A stretch of 64,000 nt of DNA from Candidatus Onthovicinus excrementipullorum. GTDB taxonomy: Bacteria > Bacillota > Clostridia > Oscillospirales > Acutalibacteraceae. Below, piece by piece: positions 36,978-44,846 of this stretch. The stretch lies in NCBI GenBank assembly GCA_018712345.1, contig DVHG01000011.1:2209-66208 (forward strand), read 5' to 3'. The position numbers and the translations under genes are program-made. The first letter of the stretch is position 1, and each line of letters begins with the position of its first letter. The notes under the pieces are model-generated. The model made no database searches. It saw only the letters and a program-made list of their open reading frames with translations, and was not told the origin of the DNA.

Positions 36978-38138
36978 ATGATGAAAAAAGCTGCTGCCGC
37001 TCTCTGTAGTGCGGTGTTTCTGATTGTCGGATGCCTTTCCGGATGCAGTACACAGCGGACGGCGCTCACCGTTGGCGGCGCCGAAATCAACAGCGAGGTC
37101 TATGTGTATTTTCTGGACCTTGCGGCCCGGGAGCTGTCCGCGGCATTGGACGTGGGACAGCCGGCTTCCTCCGTTCCGGCGGAGACGGTTCCGGAGAGCG
37201 CAGCCCCGGCAGCGGCCGCTCCCACTGACCCCTCAGTGCCGGCAGGCGAACCGGAGGCCACCGCCGCCGATGCCCGGAATACAACGGCTGCAGTCTCTGC
37301 GGGATCAGTTGATCTCCAGTCCCTGTATGACCGTGCGGCGGAGCTGTGCGCCGACTATGTCGCCGTCAATTCCCTTTTTGCGGCGTACGACTGCACCCTC
37401 TCCGTAGAGGAGAAGTCTACTGCCTCCGTCCGGACAAATGACCTGTGGCGGCTTTATGGAAGCTATTACGAATCGCTTGGCGTATCCAAGCAGACACTGT
37501 ATAAGATTGAGTATAACAGCGTCTGCCGTGATGCGGTGCTGGATGCCCTGTACGGGGCAGATGGCACGGAGCCCGTCCCGGAGGCGGAAGTGAGAAAGTA
37601 CTATGAGGATCACCACATCGTATTCCGCGCGATCAGCGGCTATTACACCGATATTGATGAGGACGGCAATACCGTCCCCATGAGTGACGAACAGCGCGCT
37701 GCGACGGACAGTACCTTTGCCTCCATGGCGGACAGAATCAACGCCGGTACGGATGTGGATACGGTATATAATGATTACCTTGAGTCCCTGGGCAATGAGG
37801 AACCCAATGAGACAGTCTCCGTCCGTGTTGCCTCATCGGCGGATCAGGGATATCCGGAGGGGTTCTTTGAGACCGTCCACGCGCTGGAGCAGGACAGGGC
37901 CTCCGTCGTCCGGCTCGGCGACTACATCTATGTGATCGTGCGGATGGATCCGTACACGGGGGATTCTGTTTATTATGAAGAGAACAAGGCGCAGTCTCTC
38001 CGGGAACTCAAGGCGGAGGATTTTAAGGCCATTGTCCGCCAGTGCGCGGAGGAGTACGAGGTCACGGTGCGCGAATCCGTACAGAAAAGCTGCCTGAGAA
38101 GGGTGCGCGGACAGCATGAGGACGTAATTTTTGAATAA
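36978..38138 (+). CDS. Lipoprotein with Ala/Pro-rich linker, function unknown (SurA-N-like impression)
   Basis: MMKKAAAALCSAVFLIVGCLSGC lipobox and RBS GGACGGAGGA. The start at 36978 is preferred over the track start. Confidence 0.7.
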   Translation: MMKKAAAALCSAVFLIVGCLSGCSTQRTALTVGGAEINSEVYVYFLDLAARELSAALDVGQPASSVPAETVPESAAPAAAAPTDPSVPAGEPEATAADARNTTAAVSAGSVDLQSLYDRAAELCADYVAVNSLFAAYDCTLSVEEKSTASVRTNDLWRLYGSYYESLGVSKQTLYKIEYNSVCRDAVLDALYGADGTEPVPEAEVRKYYEDHHIVFRAISGYYTDIDEDGNTVPMSDEQRAATDSTFASMADRINAGTDVDTVYNDYLESLGNEEPNETVSVRVASSADQGYPEGFFETVHALEQDRASVVRLGDYIYVIVRMDPYTGDSVYYEENKAQSLRELKAEDFKAIVRQCAEEYEVTVRESVQKSCLRRVRGQHEDVIFE

Positions 38139-38170
38139 CCTGGCCTTGTGTGGGAATCTTGAAAAAGGTA

Positions 38171-38199
38171 TTGACAAGCCCTCGGACATATATTATAAT
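38171..38199 (+). promoter_or_regulatory. Consensus sigma-A promoter for the tRNA-Met/tRNA-Glu unit
   Basis: TTGACA (38171-76), 17-nt spacer, TATAAT (38194-99), about 30 nt upstream of the tRNA. Confidence 0.6.
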
Positions 38200-38229
38200 G
38201 TTATTCGCCCGTAAAAACGGGCGCAATAT

Positions 38230-38306
38230 GGCGGTATAGCTCAGTTGGCTAGAGCATTCGGTTCATACCCGGAGTGTCATTGGTTCGAATCCAATTACCG
38301 CTACCA
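38230..38306 (+). tRNA. tRNA-Met (anticodon CAT, elongator-like; an Ile-lysidine identity cannot be excluded)
   Basis: Hand-folded cloverleaf with 7-bp acceptor, D arm GCTC/GAGC, anticodon loop TTCATAC, T arm ATTGG-TTCGAAT-CCAAT and encoded CCA. 77 nt. Confidence 0.88.
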
Positions 38307-38354
38307 TTTTCAGCGGGGAGTCCGCGCAGGAAAAGCTCCCCGCTGAAATTATAA

Positions 38355-38429
38355 GGCCCGGTGGTCAAGCGGTTAAGACACCGCCCTTTCACGGCGGTAA
38401 CACGGGTTCGATTCCCGTCCGGGTCACCA
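38355..38429 (+). tRNA. tRNA-Glu (anticodon TTC)
   Basis: GGCCCGGTGGTCAAGCGGTTAAGACACCGCCCTTTCACGGCGGTAACACGGGTTCGATTCCCGTCCGGGTCACCA. Near-identical to my recollection of Firmicute tRNA-Glu. Cloverleaf checked by hand. Confidence 0.93.
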
Positions 38430-38433
38430 GAAC

Positions 38434-38465
38434 GTCGCGAACTGTTACGGTTCGCGGCTTTTTTG
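38434..38465 (+). terminator. Rho-independent terminator after tRNA-Glu (a second hairpin follows at about 38473-38505)
   Basis: GTCGCGAAC..GTTCGCGGC stem followed by TTTTTT. A second hairpin, GCCGTTCG..CGAACGGC, is followed by GCTTTTGTTTTT. Confidence 0.75.
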
Positions 38466-38815
38466 ATATCAATGCCGTTCGCTTCCCGAACGGCGCTTTT
38501 GTTTTTATACGCAGTGGTGAGTATTCCCTGTGGCCTTTTGAGGAGTGCGTGCGATTTGCCCTCGTTCCGTGTCTGAGCGGGAATATCATACGGATATGCG
38601 CCATAGCGTGATAGAGCACACTCGCCTGCACCATATCCCTGCGGTGAAGAGGATGTATTGGGGAGCAGCAGATACAAAACATTCGGCATGACTTTGTGAA
38701 ATTTATCAGAAAAAATAAAAATTAATAAAAAGATATTTACATACCGGTTAAAAGTTGTATAATATACATAGTGATTCCCTTGATTTTTTCAAGGCTAATC
38801 TTCTGAAAGGAGAAT

Positions 38816-39577
38816 ATGTTTATGGAGACAATGGAACTCAAGCACCTGATTTCTTCAAGTGAAACGGTTGATGTTTACCGTGAGGGCGATATGGCGATCA
38901 AACTGTTCAAGGAGGGGTGCCGCAAGACGATGACGCTGTATGAGGCGCTCACGCACTCCCGTGTGGAGGACACCGGACTGAATATCCCGATCATCCGCGA
39001 GGTCTGCGTCATCAATAACCGCTGGGCGATCAAGATGGACCTCATCGAGGGGAAGACCCTTGCAGACATCATGAAGGAGGATCCCGAGCACATGGATGAG
39101 TATCTGGAAAAGATGCTCGACATCCAGCTGGAGATCCACTCCAAGAAGGTTCCCAAGCTCAGCAAGCTGAAGGATAAGCTGATCCGCCAGATCAACGCGC
39201 TCGACTGCATTGACGAGGTCAAGCGGTATGAGATGCTCACCCGGCTGGACAGCATGCCCAAACATATCAAGCTCTGCCACGGGAACTTCGTACCCGAGAA
39301 TATCATCATCAACGATAAGGGCACCTATGTGGTCGACTGGGTGGCCGCCCGTCAGGGCAACGCCAGCGCGGACGTGGCCAAGACCTATCTGCTGCTCAGC
39401 CTGAAGAATCCTGATTTTGCGGAGAAATACCTCAACCTCTTCTGCCAGAAGACCAACACCTCCAAGAAATACGTGCAGGACTGGCTGCCCATCGTGGCGG
39501 CGGCGCGTCTGGAGGAGAAAATCCCCGAGGAGCGGGATCTGCTCATGAAGTGGGTAGATGTCGTCGCGTACGAATAA
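38816..39577 (+). CDS. APH/choline-kinase-family phosphotransferase-like protein with a substituted catalytic Asp
   Basis: Kinase-fold order: N-lobe Lys region (MAIKLF), Brenner-type motif LCHGNFVPENIII and Mg-binding VVDW. The position normally occupied by Asp (HxD / HND) is Asn. Confidence 0.72.
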   Translation: MFMETMELKHLISSSETVDVYREGDMAIKLFKEGCRKTMTLYEALTHSRVEDTGLNIPIIREVCVINNRWAIKMDLIEGKTLADIMKEDPEHMDEYLEKMLDIQLEIHSKKVPKLSKLKDKLIRQINALDCIDEVKRYEMLTRLDSMPKHIKLCHGNFVPENIIINDKGTYVVDWVAARQGNASADVAKTYLLLSLKNPDFAEKYLNLFCQKTNTSKKYVQDWLPIVAAARLEEKIPEERDLLMKWVDVVAYE

Positions 39578-39855
39578 TCCCGGGAACAAGATACTTGTGC
39601 TCAACGCCCCGGACTGCGCTGCGGTCCGGGGCGTTTTTCGTGGTATGTGCGTTTGTCCGTACCCAGTCACAGTGTGCCAAAAGGGAGAGTAAGTGCGGCC
39701 AAAAAGCACGGGGGACCCGCTGCGCGCGGGTGTGTTTCCCTCTGCCCGAAATATACGGAAGAAAATCAGGCCTTTTTATCCAGCCGGCGCAGCCGTGAGA
39801 AAAAATAGATACAAATTGGGGAAAATCCGGCGGGAAAGTTGGCAAATAAATAGGA

Positions 39856-39884
39856 TTGACAGGTGCGGGGGAAGTTGCTATAAT
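39856..39884 (+). promoter_or_regulatory. Consensus sigma-A promoter of adhE (TTGACA-17-TATAAT)
   Basis: TTGACA at 39856-61, exactly 17 nt of spacer, TATAAT at 39879-84. Lies about 80 nt upstream of the adhE ATG. Confidence 0.65.
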
Positions 39885-39888
39885 TTAT

Positions 39889-39906
39889 TTGTTAAAAAAA
39901 TAACAA
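39889..39906. promoter_or_regulatory. Rex-type operator (TTGTTAAAAAAATAACAA)
   Basis: Perfect TTGTTA / TAACAA inverted repeat with an A6 spacer. It has one mismatch to the clostridial Rex consensus TTGTTAANNNNTTAACAA (as I recall it). Located 4 nt after the -10 box. Confidence 0.55.
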
Positions 39907-39962
39907 CCGCAACCAATCAAAAAACCAGGCAGAAGTCTTACAAAAAATGGAGGTTTTTGAGA

Positions 39963-42596
39963 ATGCAGAAGAAAGAGCGCGAGGCACAGGCGGCAGCCGT
40001 CAATACCGGCCTTGTCGACAATGTGGATGCACTGATTGCCAAGATGGCGCAAGTCCGTGAGGCACAGAGGATTTTCTCCACTTACACGCAGGAGCAGGTG
40101 GATAAGATCTTCCTGGCCGCCGCTATTGCCGCTAACCAGCAGCGTATTCCGCTGGCGAAGATGGCCGTCGAGGAGACGGGCATGGGCGTGGTAGAGGACA
40201 AGGTCATTAAGAATCACTACGCTGCCGAGTACATTTATAATAAGTACAGGGATACCCAGACCTGCGGTGTTCTGGAGCGCGACGAGTCCGCCGGCATCAT
40301 GAAAATTGCCGAGCCGATCGGTGTGATCGCAGCCGTTATCCCGACCACCAACCCCACCTCTACTGCGATCTTCAAGACCCTGATCTCCCTGAAGACCCGC
40401 AACGGTATCATCATCAGCCCGCACCCGCGTGCCAAGAAGAGCACTATCGCGGCGGCAAAGGTCGTTCTGGATGCGGCGGTTAAGGCTGGCGCGCCTGAGA
40501 ATATCATCGCGTGGATCGATATCCCCTCTCTGGAGCTGACTAATGAGGTCATGCGCAGCGCGGACATCATTCTGGCAACAGGCGGCCCCGGCATGGTCAA
40601 GGCGGCCTATTCCTCCGGCAAGCCGGCCCTGGGTGTCGGCGCCGGCAATACGCCCGCCATCATTGATGACACGGCCGATGTCACGCTGGCTGTCAACTCC
40701 ATCATCCATTCCAAGACCTTTGATAACGGTATGATCTGCGCTTCCGAGCAGTCCGTAATCGTGCTGGATAAGGTTTACGAGCAGGCTAAGAAGGAATTTG
40801 CCGCCCGTGGCTGCTATTTCCTCAATCCGGAGGAGACCGAGAAGGTCCGCAAGACCATCATCATCAACGGCGCCCTGAACGCCAAGATCGTCGGCCAGCG
40901 CGCACACACGATCGCTGAGCTCGCAGGGGTCAAGGTCCCGGAGGATACGAAGATCCTCATCGGTCAGGTCGAGAGCGTCAGCATTGAGGAAGAGTTCGCG
41001 CATGAGAAGCTCTCCCCGGTCCTCGCGATGTACCGCGCCAAGGATTTTGACGACGCAATCGCCAAGGCGGAGCGCCTGATCGCGGACGGCGGCTACGGCC
41101 ACACCTCCTCCCTGTATGTGGATGCCGTCCAGCACAAGGATAAGATCGACAAGTTCGCCGCCAGGATGAAGACCTGCCGTATTCTGGTCAACACCCCCTC
41201 CTCTCAGGGCGGTATCGGCGATCTGTACAACTTCAGCCTCGCTCCCTCGCTCACGCTTGGCTGCGGTTCCTGGGGCGGCAACTCCGTCTCCGAGAACGTT
41301 GGCGTCAAGCACCTGCTGAACATCAAGACGGTTGCCGAGAGGAGAGAGAACATGCTGTGGTTCCGCGCGCCTGAAAAGGTCTATTTCAAAAAGGGCTGCC
41401 TGCCGGTCGCGCTGGCTGAGCTCAAGAACGTCATGGGCAAGAAGAAGGTCTTTATCGTGACCGACTCCTTCCTGTTCAAGAACGGCTACACCAAGCCGAT
41501 TACCGATAAACTCGATGAGATGGGCATCGTCCACACTACGTTCTTCGATGTCGCTCCGGATCCGACGCTTGCCTGTGCAAAGGCCGGTGCGGAGGCCATG
41601 AAGGACTTCGAGCCCGACTGCATCATCGCCATCGGCGGCGGTTCTGCGATGGACGCCGGTAAGATCATGTGGGTGATGTATGAGCATCCGGAAGTGGACT
41701 TCATGGATATGGCCATGCGCTTCATGGATATCCGCAAGAGGGTCTATACCTTCCCGCACATGGGCGATAAGGCCTACTTCATCGCAGTCCCGACCTCTGC
41801 CGGTACGGGCTCCGAGGTGACGCCGTTCGCCGTCATCACCGACGAGACCACGGGCGTCAAGTACCCGCTGGCCGACTATGAGCTGCTGCCGAAGATGGCG
41901 ATCATCGACGCGGACATGATGATGAACGCCCCCAAGGGCCTGACCTCTGCCTCCGGTATCGATGCGCTGACCCATGCGCTTGAGGCGTACGCCTCCATGA
42001 TGGCCACCGGCTATACTGACGGCCTGGCGCTTCAGGCAATGAAGAGCATCTTCACCTATCTGCCGCGCGCCTACGACAACGGCGCCAATGATCCGGTCGC
42101 CCGCGAGAAGATGGCGGAAGCCTCCACCATGGCCGGTATGGCGTTTGCGAATGCGTTCTTGGGTGTCTGCCACTCCATGGCGCATAAGCTGGGTGCGTTC
42201 CATCACCTGCCGCACGGCGTTGCCAACGCGCTGCTGATCACCGAGGTCATGCGCTTCAACGCCTCCGAGACCCCGCGTAAGATGGGTACCTTCCCGCAGT
42301 ACCAGTACCCGCACACCTTTGAGCGCTATGTCGAGTGTGCTGAGTTCGTCGGCATCAAGGGCAAGACCAAGGAGGAGAAGTTTGAGAACTTCATCGCCGC
42401 AATCGAGGAGCTCAAGGCCAAGGTCGGCATCAAGAAGACCATCAAGGATTACGGCGTAGATGAGAAGTACTTCCTGGATACGCTCGATGACATGGTCGAG
42501 AAGGCGTTTGACGATCAGTGCACCGGTGCAAACCCGAGGTATCCGCTCATGAGCGAGATCAAGGAGATGTTCCTGAAGGCGTACTACGGCAAATAA
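39963..42596 (+). CDS. adhE: Bifunctional acetaldehyde-CoA / alcohol dehydrogenase
   Basis: 877 aa from MQKKEREAQAAAVNTGLVDNVDALI. N-terminal ALDH domain (catalytic-Cys region DNGMICASEQS) and C-terminal Fe-ADH domain (GGGSAMDAGK, CHSMAHKLG). RBS GGAGG. Confidence 0.95.
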   Translation: MQKKEREAQAAAVNTGLVDNVDALIAKMAQVREAQRIFSTYTQEQVDKIFLAAAIAANQQRIPLAKMAVEETGMGVVEDKVIKNHYAAEYIYNKYRDTQTCGVLERDESAGIMKIAEPIGVIAAVIPTTNPTSTAIFKTLISLKTRNGIIISPHPRAKKSTIAAAKVVLDAAVKAGAPENIIAWIDIPSLELTNEVMRSADIILATGGPGMVKAAYSSGKPALGVGAGNTPAIIDDTADVTLAVNSIIHSKTFDNGMICASEQSVIVLDKVYEQAKKEFAARGCYFLNPEETEKVRKTIIINGALNAKIVGQRAHTIAELAGVKVPEDTKILIGQVESVSIEEEFAHEKLSPVLAMYRAKDFDDAIAKAERLIADGGYGHTSSLYVDAVQHKDKIDKFAARMKTCRILVNTPSSQGGIGDLYNFSLAPSLTLGCGSWGGNSVSENVGVKHLLNIKTVAERRENMLWFRAPEKVYFKKGCLPVALAELKNVMGKKKVFIVTDSFLFKNGYTKPITDKLDEMGIVHTTFFDVAPDPTLACAKAGAEAMKDFEPDCIIAIGGGSAMDAGKIMWVMYEHPEVDFMDMAMRFMDIRKRVYTFPHMGDKAYFIAVPTSAGTGSEVTPFAVITDETTGVKYPLADYELLPKMAIIDADMMMNAPKGLTSASGIDALTHALEAYASMMATGYTDGLALQAMKSIFTYLPRAYDNGANDPVAREKMAEASTMAGMAFANAFLGVCHSMAHKLGAFHHLPHGVANALLITEVMRFNASETPRKMGTFPQYQYPHTFERYVECAEFVGIKGKTKEEKFENFIAAIEELKAKVGIKKTIKDYGVDEKYFLDTLDDMVEKAFDDQCTGANPRYPLMSEIKEMFLKAYYGK

Positions 42597-42612
42597 TCAT
42601 ACATTGAAACGC

Positions 42613-42647
42613 AATCCCCGCGGGGTATATCCCTGCGGGGATTTTTA
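42613..42647 (+). terminator. Rho-independent terminator after adhE
   Basis: AATCCCCGCGGGG..CCCTGCGGGGATT stem followed by TTTT. Confidence 0.8.
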
Positions 42648-42911
42648 TACTGTCCCACGGTGAAAAGGGGATAACAGCCTGATGTCGGCTGAAATCGGAC
42701 CTGAAGCGCTTTCGGCCCTGGCGGCATCCGGTTTTTGTGTGGCCCTAACCCACGGTTTCAGGGCGGTAAAAAAGCGCGTGACTGTATTTTTCTGTAAAGC
42801 CATATTCCATTTTGCCTATTGAGGATAGGGGCACTTTGGGAATTTTGATCAAAAGCGACCCGTCAGCGTCTCCATATGCAGTGCGGAAATGGTTATTTTT
42901 CATTTTCCGTA

Positions 42912-42940
42912 TTGACAGGAGCGGGGGCATCATATATAAT
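42912..42940 (+). promoter_or_regulatory. Consensus sigma-A promoter for the tRNA-Gly/tRNA-Pro unit
   Basis: TTGACA (42912-17), 17-nt spacer, TATAAT (42935-40), 16 nt before tRNA-Gly. Confidence 0.6.
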
Positions 42941-42956
42941 ATTACTCGTCGGATTT

Positions 42957-43032
42957 GCGGATGTAGCTCATCTGGTAGAGCGCCACCTTGCCAAGGTGGA
43001 GGTAGCGAGTTCGAGCCTCGTCATCCGCTCCA
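42957..43032 (+). tRNA. tRNA-Gly (anticodon GCC)
   Basis: Hand-folded: acceptor GCGGATG/CATCCGC, anticodon stem CCACC/GGTGG with loop TTGCCAA, T loop TTCGAGC, encoded CCA. 76 nt. Confidence 0.92.
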
Positions 43033-43065
43033 ATCTGTGCATCTGGCGGTGCACAGATTTTTTTT
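43033..43065 (+). terminator. Terminator-like hairpin between tRNA-Gly and tRNA-Pro
   Basis: ATCTGTGC..GCACAGAT stem followed by a T8 run. Only about 14 nt remain before tRNA-Pro. Confidence 0.5.
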
Positions 43066-43079
43066 ACATTTGAATATGC

Positions 43080-43155
43080 CGGGGTGTAGCGCAGTTGGTA
43101 GCGCGCGACATTTGGGATGTTGAGGCCCGGGGTTCGAGTCCCCGCACTCCGACCA
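43080..43155 (+). tRNA. tRNA-Pro (anticodon TGG)
   Basis: Acceptor CGGGGTG/CACTCCG, anticodon loop TTTGGGA, T arm CGGGG-TTCGAGT-CCCCG, encoded CCA. 76 nt. Confidence 0.92.
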
Positions 43156-43181
43156 CGTCGGAATGGACTACGCTCCATTCA

Positions 43182-43212
43182 AAATCCCCAGCCGAATGGC
43201 TGGGGATTTCTC
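43182..43212 (+). terminator. Rho-independent terminator after tRNA-Pro
   Basis: AAATCCCCAGCC-GAAT-GGCTGGGGATTT stem followed by a T-rich tail. Confidence 0.65.
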
Positions 43213-43398
43213 ATACCGCTCCGTCATTCCCCCTTTCCGCAAAAAGTCACGCTGGCTGCGGCTATGCCCTTGTAAACGCGGGCACAACAGTTCGGTTTTT
43301 GCCAACCTTTTTGGGATTCGGGAGGGTTAACTCCAAGCCTCTCTTTTTTATTGTCTCTATCCAGTCCACCGCGGGGCGCTCAGGGAGTAGAATGGTTT

Positions 43399-43451
43399 CC
43401 ACCTCATCCGTCACGGCCGACGCCGTGCCACCTTTCCCTCAAGGGGAAGGC
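43399..43451. repeat. Solo copy of the dispersed GC-rich repeat unit
   Basis: CCACCTCATCCGTCACGGCCGACGCCGTGCCACCTTTCCCTCAAGGGGAAGGC shares the CCACCTCATC head and the CCCTCAAGGGGAAG palindromic tail with the units at 30094 and 36551. Confidence 0.6.
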
Positions 43452-43744
43452 TTTTTTGATTTTATTAAGAAAACTTTTTTCTGAAAGTACAAAAATAAAA
43501 AACGGGAACATCGGGACAAAGAATTTTCCGGAATCGCAATATGACAGAGCGAACGGACCAAAAGGCGCACTTTCGTGTACCTTTTGGCCCGCTTTATTGA
43601 TGGCAAATTGATTTACCACGATCAGTAACAGTTATTTGCCCGCTCGCTGAGGGGGCAGAATTTTAGAACAGCTTCACGATTTTCTACCCCAAGTGACGTC
43701 CATATCATTCCCGGAGGCCCTGTGTTTTTTCAATAGGGAGGGGC

Positions 43745-44347
43745 TCACACCAGCTTGACTCCAAGCATCCGCACGATGTCCGCGGCCTGCAGGGGGTTGA
43801 TTTTCAGGCCCTTCAGCTCCCCATAGTGGTCGGAGACCATGATACCTGCGATCTCGCAGGTGCTCAGATCCACCCCCTTGAGCGGCGTTTTAAAGAAGTC
43901 CGCCCCAACGAGATTTGCCTGCGCAATAGTCAGGCGCTTCCATCTGTTTTCCGAAAAGGAGGCGTTGGTATAGTAGCCGCCGGTGATCCGGCAGTCCTCC
44001 CAGCGAGAGCCGGAGAAGTTGGCATAGCAGTAGGAACCGCCCTGGAAGCGGGAGGCTTTGAATACGCTGTGGCTGAAATTGCTCTTGTCCATCCGGCAGG
44101 AGGACAGCACGGCATTTTTAAAAAAGGAGGAGCCAAACCGGCAACCGTCGAACCGGCACTGCTCCATCCGTACGCCGGAAAAGGAACATCCGGTGAAGTC
44201 GCAGTTGGTCACGGTGCATCCGATAAAGGTGCAGTCCTGAAAGTCGAGGCGGGAGCAGTCGGTATCCGTCAGATGCTCCCCCTCATACGTACCGCCCCAA
44301 ACAGCTTCCTCCTCGGCCGCGGCCTCATAGATATCCCGCCTGAGCAT
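43745..44347 (-). CDS. Pentapeptide-repeat protein
   Basis: Continuous A(D/N)LxF-type pentapeptide periodicity (CSRLDFQDCTFIGCTVTNCDFTGCSFSGVRMEQCRFDGCRF...). Start taken at MLRRDIYE, giving 200 aa. Confidence 0.8.
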   Translation of the reverse strand: MLRRDIYEAAAEEEAVWGGTYEGEHLTDTDCSRLDFQDCTFIGCTVTNCDFTGCSFSGVRMEQCRFDGCRFGSSFFKNAVLSSCRMDKSNFSHSVFKASRFQGGSYCYANFSGSRWEDCRITGGYYTNASFSENRWKRLTIAQANLVGADFFKTPLKGVDLSTCEIAGIMVSDHYGELKGLKINPLQAADIVRMLGVKLV

Positions 44348-44846
44348 ATCCCCACGTCCTTTCCCGGTGATCGGACTATATTTTATCAGGTCCCATTCCG
44401 AATTGCAAGGCAAGCCCGGCGCAGGAGCCCGCTGTCCCCGCTGCGGTGGAGGGGAAGAATGCTGCGTCCTTTACGGACTTTCTGCGCAAAAGGCGCGTTT
44501 TCCGGCTGGCACTGCAGGAGCAGCCCATTTACAGGCGCTGTATTGCCCCTTACACCGGGGCGGCCGCGCTTGTGCGGCAGGCGGATCATTACAGCCATCT
44601 GGATGAGCGCAGGGAGCGGTATCAGTCCGCCGTAGAGAAAAAAGAGGAAAAGATCCCGTTTGCAGTCACCGCAATCTGATTCCCGGACGGGATGGAATTT
44701 GTAAACAAATTTTGTTTTCGGTTTACTTTAAACCGGCGAGGTATTATAATAAATCCATATAGGATTTTTTCGGCGCCCGGGGTGCAGTCAACCGAGCATC
44801 AGGCCGCCGTATCCGATCGCGACCAGAGGGGAGTTATATCATTTTT

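Noticed and set aside
38249-38689. 146-aa and 97-aa minus-strand ORFs
   Set aside because: They overlap the tRNA-Met and tRNA-Glu genes and their terminators, so they are artefactual.
39885-42314. 809-aa ORF on the minus strand
   Set aside because: Antisense shadow of adhE. Low-complexity composition and no recognisable domain.
42745-43178. Short ORFs around the tRNA-Gly/tRNA-Pro locus
   Set aside because: They overlap the tRNA genes, the promoter and the terminator hairpins. No coding signal.
44446-44679. 77-codon GTG-initiated ORF in the pentapeptide/radical-SAM spacer
   Set aside because: No RBS, no recognisable motif, and overlapping alternative-frame ORFs of similar length on both strands. 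It cannot be distinguished from chance in GC-rich DNA.
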